A stretch of DNA of 51,044 nucleotides, filler included, from Olpidium bornovanus S191 (taxonomy: Eukaryota > Fungi > Olpidiomycota): NCBI GenBank assembly GCA_017911155.1. It is 22 parts of 22 records of this genome, joined end to end, with 100 filler letters (N's around TTAATTAATTAA, not from the genome) between each part and the next. Parts side by side here need not be neighbours in the genome. Positions count along the whole stretch, not along the records: positions 32,422 to 37,751 come from JAEFCI010005458.1; positions 37,852 to 38,915 come from JAEFCI010002543.1; positions 39,016 to 40,575 come from JAEFCI010007450.1; positions 40,676 to 41,869 come from JAEFCI010002977.1; positions 41,970 to 43,279 come from JAEFCI010008028.1; positions 43,380 to 48,054 come from JAEFCI010003300.1; 16 more parts are not named here. One strand, written 5' to 3'. This document shows, piece after piece, positions 36,701 to 46,336 of this stretch. The number at the start of each line of letters is the position of its first letter. Position 1 is the first letter of the stretch. The position numbers and the translations under genes are program-made. The notes under the pieces are model-generated. The model made no database searches. It was not told the DNA's origin and saw only the letters and a program-made list of their open reading frames with translations.

Positions 36701-36955
36701 CACGGGCGGTGGGAGGTCGTCCTTGCTCTGGTCGGCGACCGCCGGCCCAGGCTTGCCGCTCCTGCCGGGGGCGGCCTTTACGCCGGCGCCTGCGCCGCCG
36801 TCGTCCCGGCCCGGTAAAGCAGCAGCCGCGGCAGCAGCAACACCGGCACCAGCAGCAGAAGCAGGAGAAGCAGCAGCGTCAGTCCTCCTCGGCGGTGGAG
36901 GCAGGTTCCCCGCGCACTGCCGAGGCGGGCTGGGGTGGGGAAGGGGACCTTCCAT
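33712..36955 (-). CDS. Large HMG-box (MATA/Sox-TCF class) transcription factor, ~1046 aa, two exons, apparently complete
   Basis: Exon 1 36955-35720; intron 35719-35617 (CAC|GTACGT...CTGAC...CTGCAG|CAT, phase 0); exon 2 35616-33712. HMG box GIKRPLNRFFVYKVWAQPHYALAYPGLSNRIISKMISRDWNNQTDAVKDHFAQLAEWEKKKHYLRYPNYKYRPGRK at ~36440-36210. Coiled coil EECDEEIAELQERLERLKRLK and a long Pro/Ser/Tyr-rich tail. Confidence 0.9.
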
Positions 36956-37184
36956 ACGGCATCCTAAACCCCGGCACTCGGCGGGGGCCAAAGGCCCGGC
37001 CGGCGGCAGCGGCGGGTTTCTGGTCAGAGGCGTTGCCGTTTTGCGGGCGGCGGAGGCGGCGCGGGCGGGCGGCGGAGACGGCGCGGGCGGGCGGGCGGGC
37101 GGGCCGGCGGGCGGGGCGCGGCGGGGCGGCGGACAAAGAGGAGGGGGAAAAAAAGAAGAAAAAAAGAAAAGATTTTTTTTTTTT

Positions 37185-37245
37185 TTTCGCTGCGGCGGGG
37201 TCGGCCGAAAAGAATTTCGCTGCGGCGGGGTCGGGCCGAAAAGAA
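37185..37245. repeat. 30-bp tandem duplication upstream of the HMG-box gene
   Basis: TTTCGCTGCGGCGGGGTCGG(G)CCGAAAAGAA occurs at 37185 and 37215. Confidence 0.9.
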
Positions 37246-37338
37246 AGAAAGTTTTTTTTTTTTTTTTTTGTTTCTCCTTCCCGCGAAAACGAACCGGAGC
37301 TTGGGAGCGAGAGAGGAAACAGCAGCGGGCGAGCGAGC

Positions 37339-37374
<36 letters not shown>

Positions 37375-37490
37375 GAGAGAGGGAGAGAGCAGAGAGAGCA
37401 GAGAGAGAGAAGAGAAGAGAGAGCGAGCGAGCGCGTGTGGGAAACGGAGAGATAAAGGAAACGGCCCGGCGAGAAAAGAGCACACCCGCA

Positions 37491-37521
<31 letters not shown>

Positions 37522-37533
37522 CGAAAAGAGAGA

Positions 37534-37565
<32 letters not shown>

Positions 37566-38447
37566 GTGGGGGGGGGGGGGGGGGGGGGGGGGGCGGCGGC
37601 GGGGGGGGGGGGGGGGGGGAAAGGGGGGGAGGGGGGGGGGGGGGGGGTTAGGGGAAGAAGAAAGGAAGGAAGGGAAGTTGGAGAGGGGGCCCGTGCCCGT
37701 TCTTGCTTGCTTAACCCAAAAACGGAGGCCGGAGAGCGGGGGAAAGGGGCGNNNNNNNNNNNNNNNNNNNNNNNNNNNNNNNNNNNNNNNNNNNNTTAAT
37801 TAATTAANNNNNNNNNNNNNNNNNNNNNNNNNNNNNNNNNNNNNNNNNNNNGTCCAACGAGTTGAAGTCGCCTGAACTCCTTTTAAGATGGGGGCCGTGG
37901 GTTACGCCTGGTTTGAGTATCTGCCGTCATCTGAAAAAAGGAAAATAAGATAACCAAAAAAATGGTGCATGCGGCAAAATGCGCGCGTCATCTCGGGCTC
38001 CGCTTGGACAACGTACGCTTTGGCTAAACTGACAGGTAAAACACGCCGTTATGACATACACGTGGAAACTGGTTGAAACCGCTACCAGGCTTTAAAAAAA
38101 AAAAAAAAAAAAAAAAAACTCGTTTGGAGTCTAGTCTATTCTATGATGTGTCCAGTGTGCCCAGTAGCAAGATATTCTGTGCTGAACTCGTAGTTTGGGA
38201 TGACGTTGAGGTCCGCGGGTTGCCGGCCACTTCTGCAACGCTGATACGAGAAGATGCGGTTGGGTATAAAAAAGCAAAATTCTCCTTATTAACGTACAAT
38301 AACATTTTAACTAATCGTCATTGCCTGCTGTCCGCAGTTAACTCTGAGAAGACGCTGCTTTATTGTAATTGGGGGGAGGAGGAGGAGGAGGGAGGGGAGG
38401 AGGGGGGGACTAATTGTGCGAGGTAATGTTTGATTACGTTTTTCTTT

Positions 38448-38915
38448 TCACATCAACGGCGGAACGTCCGGGTCGTCCGTAAACTCGGCGTTTCCTTCCT
38501 GCGCTTTTCCGACCTCCTCCGCAAAGTAAGGCTGGCTGTTTATTGCGTCCGGCGTCCTCATTGCGGCAACCCCGGCGGCGCCGTCGGCCGGGACAATGTT
38601 CCTATAGTCCGCCACCGCCTCTCGGCGCACCGGCCGGCGTTTTGGAACATCGCCCGACCCCCTCGATCTCGCCCGCTCCTTCTTCCCGGCCAGAGCGTCC
38701 CGCTCGTTCTTGGCAAAGGCGGCGATGGTGTCCTGCAGGCCGCAGATGCCCACGCCCGATACCTCATCGTCGGTGAATTCGGCCCCTCTCTTGGCCATGA
38801 TCACGACGAATCGCCCCGTGAGCACGCTGCGCTGGGCCTGGACGCGGTCCCGGTCCACGGGGTGCTCCGCCAGGGAGAGCTGAAGGACTTTGCCTTTGAC
38901 GGAGACCCGGACATA
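38448..38915 (-). CDS. LRRC6: Dynein axonemal assembly factor 11 (LRRC6/TilB), C-terminal part (5' truncated)
   Basis: YVRVSVKGKVLQLSLAEHPVDRDRVQAQRSVLTGRFVVIMAK resembles the LRRC6 CS-like segment (YVRV..KGK.FQL.L...V.....A.RS..TG.L...M.K). The terminus FTDDPDVPPLM* matches the conserved LRRC6 end (F.D.P.VPPL). Confidence 0.85.
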   Translation of the reverse strand, partial: YVRVSVKGKVLQLSLAEHPVDRDRVQAQRSVLTGRFVVIMAKRGAEFTDDEVSGVGICGLQDTIAAFAKNERDALAGKKERARSRGSGDVPKRRPVRREAVADYRNIVPADGAAGVAAMRTPDAINSQPYFAEEVGKAQEGNAEFTDDPDVPPLM

Positions 38916-39484
38916 NNNNNNNNNNNNNNNNNNNNNNNNNNNNNNNNNNNNNNNNNNNNTTAATTAATTAANNNNNNNNNNNNNNNNNNNNNNNNNNNNN
39001 NNNNNNNNNNNNNNNCCATGAGAACCAACCTGCTTTCGTGACTGGGGCTTCAAAGACGCTGCGGTTAAAAAAAGGAGCAAAAAGGGACAGGGTTTTATAC
39101 CCGCCGGATAACTTCTGATTGTTGGCGTACCTGCTGCCGGCGACCCGCCCACGGTCGCACCCACGTGCCCAGGCGTTTCATCGTAAGCGTCTATGGTCGT
39201 AAAATGATGTCACTTTTCAGGGCATTCGAGCGAATTTCGGTCTGAAATTAGATTGACGGCGTGGAAGGGCGAAACAAAAAAATGGTCAATTCTTTCCCCG
39301 CCTTGCATATCACAAACAACACGCAGATCGAAAAATAAGGAGCGGTTTGCGAGGCGGAAATTGGCGACGTCAGCTTCCCCTCCCTCCCCTGCCCTCCCTC
39401 CCGCACCACACCGTTTCTCCGCGTTTCGTCTCCGCCAGCATCGCGAAAGTCGGCCCTCAATTCCGTTTTGTTTCTTTAACCGCA

Positions 39485-39790
39485 GCTGCTTCGCGGGCGA
39501 AATGTGACGCCAGAGGAAGCGGCAAAGCGACTCAGCCGAGTTGACCCGGTCCTCCCCCTCAAAACTGACGCACAATACAGCTTGCCAATCCGCTTCGGCT
39601 GTGTGATATTATTATTTTTTTTAGTAGCACGGCGTTCTGGAGCGGGGAGGCTGTTGGGGCAGCCTGGGAGTATGCGCTCGGAAGTTGCCTCACGTTGCAC
39701 GACGGCATACAGATTTGTCAGACTTTTCCGGATTTCGGTGGGGAAATAGAGGTGCTGGTCGAACACTTTCGCAAGCATCAGCGCCAAGGG
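39485..39790 (+). CDS. Unidentified internal coding exons (hypothetical)
   Basis: Protein-like segments bounded by splice-like sites (LLRGRNVTPEEAAKRLSRVDPVLPL; TAFWSGEAVGAAWEYALGSCLTLHDGIQICQTFPDFGGEIEVLVEHFRKH). Phases could not be reconciled and no family was recognised. Confidence 0.25.
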
Positions 39791-40808
39791 CGAATTTTAC
39801 GCCCGCGGGTCGCCTTGCTGGGGCTGAGGGGAGGAAAATGTCGGGGTTTCGACCGGCGTGGCGCCGCAGAAATAAGGCCCTGGCGACGCGAAGGCCCTCC
39901 GGTTCAATTCAGTCACAGACTGGCCAGAATTTTTGCTCCCCATTTTTCGTTGGGCCCGCGCGCGGCGTAGCGTTTCGCAGCACGAAGTCCCAAAACAGAC
40001 CGCGTTCCCCGCAGAAACCGCGGCTTTGTCGCGGGGAATTGCGCGCAACTGCAGAAGACGCCGGGCGCGACGACCCGAGCCCGAAACCATCCAGACAACC
40101 TGCCACGCTATGAAAAAAAAAAATAAGTCGCGGAAGCTGTCCCTCTCACCGGCAGAGGCCCCGATTTCAATAGGCGCGTCGCCCGAAAGATTTGCGAACG
40201 GCGTCGCCGAATGCCCGGGAGGCCTTGTGCTCGCATTTCGGCGCTCTTTCGGGCGGTCCCCTCCATCTTTTATCCAGCGGCTCCCCCGTCATATTTGTAA
40301 TGCTGCAGAGGCGGCGAATACGCACAACTGTAACCTCCAACCGCACCTGCCCAGTATGTGGTGCGCTTGCCAAAAGTAGAGTGCTGGATTCGGCTACCTT
40401 GCGCTTGATGGCCAACTTAAGCAGCGCGAAGCTTGCAAAGTTGCCCGCCCGCTTTGGGGAATGAACTTGAAACAGAAATCTCCGTCGCAGGAAAACCGCA
40501 AGACTGTGCGACACTGTTCTCGGCGGCATTGTCAGTTCCTGGCCACAATTTGCCGGCGGGTGACGTCTTCGAGGGNNNNNNNNNNNNNNNNNNNNNNNNN
40601 NNNNNNNNNNNNNNNNNNNTTAATTAATTAANNNNNNNNNNNNNNNNNNNNNNNNNNNNNNNNNNNNNNNNNNNNCCCCCCCCTCCCTTTCCCACGGGGA
40701 AAATAACCAGCGTCTTCCATCTCTTCCGCCGAAGTTCGACGGCTCGCAACACGACATGTACGGCTCCCACCGTAAAACATCTAGAACGAGAATAAAGCTG
40801 CTACTCAC

Positions 40809-41469
40809 TTCATGTAGCGTTTGATCACGTCTGCCGGTTTCGCGAGGTGAATAGAGCAGGCGATTAGATTGACGAGGGTTTCCGGGTCATTCGGATCCTG
40901 GCGACGCGGCACAGTTCCCCGTGCGGGCGGAATGGTCGCGACGGTCAGCACGCCTGTGGGGTTCGCCAGCGTTCTTGGAGCACAGAAAAAGAAACCCCCG
41001 CACCTTGTTCAGAGCCTCGAGGAGCTCGGACTCTGCTTCCGAGTTCTTGCCCAGGCAAAAGTTCGCGACGGCCTTGCCGTTCAGCATCTTCGCGGTCTGC
41101 GCGGCGCTGGACTGCCCGAGCTCCTCGTAGATGTAGAACGCCTGTTGATAGCTATCGCCGCCCTGCGGTGCAAGGGTAGGAAAAAAAACGCGGGCGCGGG
41201 CACGGGACGCATAAGGTCGGCGCGAAGGGCGGGAGGCGTGTGGTAGATGCGTCGGTAAGATGGGGTGAACGGCAAAAAGGCGGCGGGAGAAAAAAAGGGG
41301 GGGGGGGGGGCAGAGAATCAGGATCACCCTTACCGCCTTCAGTCCCACCCACGCCTCGATGAGCTGCGCGATTGGCGCGTCCTCTGACCAGGCTTTCATA
41401 TTGGTGACTTCCGTTCGGGCGAGATCAGTCCGGTCCATCTTAAGGAGGGTCTGCACGAAGAGAGCCACG
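40809..41469 (-). CDS. SEC28: Coatomer subunit epsilon (COPE/Sec28), internal exons (both ends truncated)
   Basis: VALFVQTLLKMDRTDLARTEVTNMKAWSEDAPIAQLIEAWVGL; GGDSYQQAFYIYEELGQ...LNGKAVANFCLGKNSEAESELLEALNK; DPNDPETLVNLIACSIHLAKPADVIKRYM (exon 40897-40809). Confidence 0.92.
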
Positions 41470-41747
41470 CTGAAGCGCGGGGATTTCGGAACCGGAGGAA
41501 TGAGTCTTGAGATCGGCGTATTCGCAAGACCAGGTTGGTAAACGAACGTCGTCATTTCGAAAACGGAGTCCTTGATGTTTGTTCGGCGCCCGGCGTCACC
41601 CGCAGAAAACGCGTTACTCGAGCCTGTCCCCGGAAGCGCGCCGGGACGGCTCTGCAAAAAACCAACTTCGCCGCCGAGCTCCGGTCCACCCTTTCCGCAT
41701 TCCGCCGAGCGGCGCGCGTCAACTCCCGGGATCCGCTCGCCGACGAG

Positions 41748-41833
<86 letters not shown>

Positions 41834-41969
41834 CGCCGCCCCCCCCCCCCCCCCCCCCGCGCCCGCGCCNNNNNNNNNNNNNNNNNNNNNNNNNNNNNNN
41901 NNNNNNNNNNNNNTTAATTAATTAANNNNNNNNNNNNNNNNNNNNNNNNNNNNNNNNNNNNNNNNNNNN

Positions 41970-43176
41970 CATGGCCCACTTGTTCTCGTAGCGCATCTGA
42001 CGGTGGTCAAACGCGGAGGGGAGGTCAGGGTACGTCGACTCTTCGGACGGAGAATGAGCCCCGGGACGACCGCCGATATGCCTACCCCTACGCTAGCCGA
42101 CACCAAGAGTATGACCGCAAATGTGGACGCGAGGCAAATGTGCAAGGTGCGGTCCGCCTCTTCAATGGCCTTGTGGGAGCGGGGATGGAGTGGGGGGGGG
42201 AAGGGGGGCGGAAAACGGCGAAACATTCAGATCTCGCAGGAGGCTAACCCGAAAAAAAAGGGGGGGGGGGCCAAAGCGTACCAGCACGACGAATTGGAAG
42301 GAGAACCCGACAAAGAAGAAAACGTCCAGCTTGAGGAGCAAGACGAGCGCCAGGTAGTTTTTGTAAATGTCTCGCATTCGGAGGTCGGCCCCGATTCTGC
42401 GACGCCGTGGAGAAACGCGAGGTCAGGGAGCAAAAACTTCCGGGTCCCCCCGGCTTTTATTTTTTTTTTTTTTTTTTTGCGCTCCGCCGAAGACGGCTCT
42501 TTAAAAAAGAAAATCCCCACGTTTTGTATATCGACCAGCCGAATTCCCTGTACAGGTTGAAGGACATGACGCTGAGGACGGTCGTGAAGATCAGCGACAG
42601 GCCGATCACGACGTACTCCACGGTGTAGACGAGGTACTTCTGCAAGGTCGGGAACTTTGTTTCGTTGACCTCGTACAGGTTGCGCGTTTGCGTCGTTTGG
42701 ACCACCGAGTACGCCAGGATGAGAAGGTTGAACCCGAAGACCGCGATGATCTGCAAGATGTTCTGCTCGCGGAGCTGTTGTACGCGGTGGGGCGCCGCGG
42801 GTCAAGATTTCGAGGAAAACGTTGGGTCCGGGGCGAAAAACGCCAAACGCCGGTCGCTCCGCCCGTTCCCCTCATTTCCACCTTGCCTCCCCCCCCCCTC
42901 CCCCCCCCCCCCCCCCCCCCCCCCTCCCCCCACTCCCCCGCAACACCGTACCGCATCGAAAACCAGGACCAGTTGGAAGAACTGAGCCAAGATGAACAGA
43001 ATGTGGTAGACCAACAGCGAGCGGAACGTCGAGTCAATGTTCTCGTCAACGGCGTCGCCGATCTCCTGTGCGTCAACATAGTGCAAATACAGGACCACTC
43101 CTTCTAGCAGGCCGAGGGACACGGCCTGCATCAACGCTGTTTTCGCGAACCACCGAGTCCACTTCGTGTTGCCCAT
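41970..43176 (-). CDS. Conserved fungal multi-pass membrane protein (UPF0658 Golgi membrane protein-like; 3' truncated)
   Basis: Several TM helices with FILAQFFQLVLVFDAV, NILQIIAVFGFN, LYREFGWSIYK, YLALVLLLKLDVFFFVGFSFQF and MRYENKWAM. Family assignment is from remembered motifs. Confidence 0.7.
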
Positions 43177-43399
43177 CTGCGCCGAGGTGGAAACCGCTGT
43201 GTGTCAGCAAAACCGGCGCGGCCACCAAAGAGCGACAAATTATGAACGGACCGGCCGGCTCCCGGCTCGCGCGGGGGGGNNNNNNNNNNNNNNNNNNNNN
43301 NNNNNNNNNNNNNNNNNNNNNNNTTAATTAATTAANNNNNNNNNNNNNNNNNNNNNNNNNNNNNNNNNNNNNNNNNNNNCGCGCAGCGCGGCAAGAAGC

Positions 43400-43485
43400 G
43401 GAGCGTAACGCGCAACAGGGGGAGCGTAGCGCAGCAACAGGCGGAGCGTAGCGCAGTAACAGGCGGAGCGTAGCGCAGCAGTGGC
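43400..43485. repeat. 22-bp minisatellite, 4 copies
   Basis: Consensus GGAGCGTAGCGCAGCAACAGGC at 43400, 43421, 43443 and 43465. Confidence 0.88.
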
Positions 43486-44992
43486 GTTGTAGCAGCATGC
43501 TACAAGCGAAGATGAACGATGAACACGTCCTGGCCTGTTCGGCACGCAGGCGGTTGCGAAGTGTTTGTGCAACGGTTACAACGTTCGGATGTGAAAACAC
43601 ATCATAATTATCATCGCGGGCGGTCGGAAAGCATCGGCCGTTGGGTCGGCGGGGCCGATGGCGATGGCAAAGAGCGTATCATTGGCGCTCCACTCAGGTG
43701 CAACCGAAACCACTTCTCCTCGACTCAGGTTTTTGGCGCCAAGATCAACAAAGTCGCGAACCTCCTCTGGGACTCCTTTGATGCAATTCGGCGGCCACGC
43801 GGTTGGATCCGTCAGCCGATGGCTCTCTGCTGCCTGGGTCAGCCGAGAATATTTCTGCGGATGACGACAAAGGCGTCGACCAAGCGCGCCAGCAAAATGC
43901 ATCGGCCCTCCTTTTTTACCTTTGGCACCCTTACCGGGCCTGTCATCGCCGCTGCAAGAGCCTTCCGCCTCACCGCGCGCCCCTCAGCCGTCCAATTCAA
44001 CAGCCTTCCTTGTGCGTTTCACCGCGCGCCCGTCATCCGCCCATTCAGCGGCCGCGAAAGCGCGTGCTGCGCTGTCTTGCCGGGTACGCGGCGTACGCAA
44101 TCCGTTTACGGCGGCGAGAGCGGGGTCAACGCCAGCGGCAGCAGCGAACGCAGCGTCCGTAACGCCCCGCAAGCGGTGGATTGGTATAATGGCAGCGATT
44201 AGGGCGTTCAACGTGGAAGATCGAACATCAACCGCCGGGCGGGTCATCCAGTACTCCGGCGGCACGATTTCATAGTGAAGTGGCAGGCAGACCGTCGTCG
44301 CCCCGCCATTCAACAGAAACCGAGGTCATCGGAGCCACGGACGTTTGCGGCGCTTGCCGGCCCCGCTCACGTCTGCCGAGAGCATGTGCGGATAAATCAA
44401 CTATACTCGGACGCCGGCGGGCTTAGTGGGTGGGACCACAACACCTCACAAATCCCTCTCCATGTCGATAATCATAGACGATCGAGATGGAACAGAGGCG
44501 CCTCTCAAAACGATTAATGCACATGGGCAACAGGCAGCTTGACGTCCGATAATGCATTGATCGCGGTCTGATAGGCCTCCATTTTTTGGTTCGTAGAGAA
44601 TAAGACAACGGTGTGCTGGACGTACCAACCAGCTCCACCTTCAGCACCCCACGAGGGCATCAAAATTGCCGTCAAGGAGCATGTGCACGGCATTCAAAAT
44701 GATAGCTTGTTCACCGGGCGTGCACGACGACCAAACGCGCACGAAAGGGATTGTCAAAAGTCAGCTTTGCCCACCGCTTGGAAAGCTTCACCGCCTGCCG
44801 CATAATTTTAGTCGGCAAATTTTATGCTTCAGATCAGGTTCCCCGAACGCTGTAGCGCTTGAAATTATAGCGCGAAAATGCATTTCCGCCGTTGTGGACA
44901 GTTTATGGTTCGGTCGAAACCTTTTCGTGTATTAGAATGCGCCGGCGGTTTTTACGTAGAGGGGCTTCCGTCGATTGTAAATCCCGCTGGAT

Positions 44993-45112
44993 GGTCGAAC
45001 GGTGCGCCGTGGGAAGGTCAAACGATGCATCGGTGGAAGGTCGAACGGTGCATCGATGGAAAAGGTCAGGCGGCGCACTGTTGGAATTGTCGGTCGGTGC
45101 ATCGAAGGGAAA
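44993..45112. repeat. Degenerate ~23-bp minisatellite, 5 copies
   Basis: Consensus GGTCGAACGGTGCATCGATGGAA at 44993, 45016, 45039, 45064 and ~45089. Confidence 0.82.
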
Positions 45113-46336
45113 GGGTGTGTAGACTATACCATTTTCACACGTTTGCCTAACCTCTACATTACGTTTAGAGCACGCAAGGACAATTGAGTACCTGTCTACC
45201 TAACAATCGATGTTCCCGGACTTACTGGTAGCTTAACGCCCAATTCGGGTATGCAAAGTTGGTGCTGCAGGAAAGGTATCTTCGCTTTCAAAGCCGGAGA
45301 GCAGAATATTGCAGTTCCGTATCACATACCGAGAACAAGGAGAACCGCGGAGCCCCATTGGTCCGGATCGCGATGGGCATGGGCAGCAGCCAATTCCAGG
45401 TATATTGAACAACGCTTGAACGCTTTACCATGGCTGCACCTTTGGAAGGCGTTCAAATGCGCGGAACGCATAAACTTGCACGTCATATCTCGTTTTCGTC
45501 AGCCGGCTTGGCCAACTGCTCCGCAGCTGCCAGAGCCCCAGACAGCAGAAGGGCCTCTCGGCACACGCCGAAAGACAGCCCGAAGGCGACGTCATGCGGA
45601 ATCATCTGTCTCGCAAATAACAACGGCTGGATTAGGCTTAAAGGAGTTCCCTCGAGACCCCCTTATGCCCCGCCTTTTTTCTCCGTGGCTCACCCGGCCG
45701 TCCCGCCGGCGCCGCGCTCTCAGACGGAGGGGAGCATCAGCGTCGTCCTCGTTCCTCTCCTTCCCCCACGCAACCCACCGACCGCCGCCGCCGCCGCCAC
45801 CGCAGCAGCAGTCGGACGGAGAGGACCGCGTGCTGCGCCGGCGGGAGAGAGAGAGAGAGAGACAGAGAGAGTGGGAGGGAGAGAGAAAAAGAAGAGAACG
45901 AACGAAGCGATTGAGAGAGAACCTCGTGAGAAAAACGAACGAGAACGGGCCGGAAAATAAACCAACTCCAGCGCGCCGCCCGCCCGCTCCGCCCGGCAGC
46001 TTAATTTTCCCCCGCCCCAGCGCCGTCCCGGGCGCTGCCAGTCGAGCGTCGCATCCCGAAACTCCCGGGATTTCTCGCATTCCCGCGGGGGTCTTCACAC
46101 CTTCTTCCCCCCCGCCTCCTCCCCCCACTCCCACTTCTTCCCCACCCATCGGCCCACCGTTGCACCCCCCTCTCCCATCTCCTGCTGCCTGCGGTCCGTC
46201 TGCCCGGAGCCCGCCGATACACCCAAGCCTGCAGTCGCTCCGAGTCATCCGCTTCCGCCGGGTAGTCTCTTGCGATAGAAGAACCTGCCGTTCGGCGGAG
46301 CTACCCTGACGGCGCTCCGGCCGGCAGTGTGCTGGC

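Noticed and set aside
33712-36955. Calling the HMG gene a mating-type (sexM/sexP/MAT1-2-1) locus
   Set aside because: No flanking tptA/rnhA or APN2/SLA2 on the contig, and the protein is far larger than typical determinants. Kept only as a hypothesis.
35702-37483. 593-aa ORF start at 37483 as the start of the HMG protein
   Set aside because: The first ~175 codons translate GA microsatellite, T runs and GC repeats. ATG 36955 (MEGPLP) is the more plausible start.
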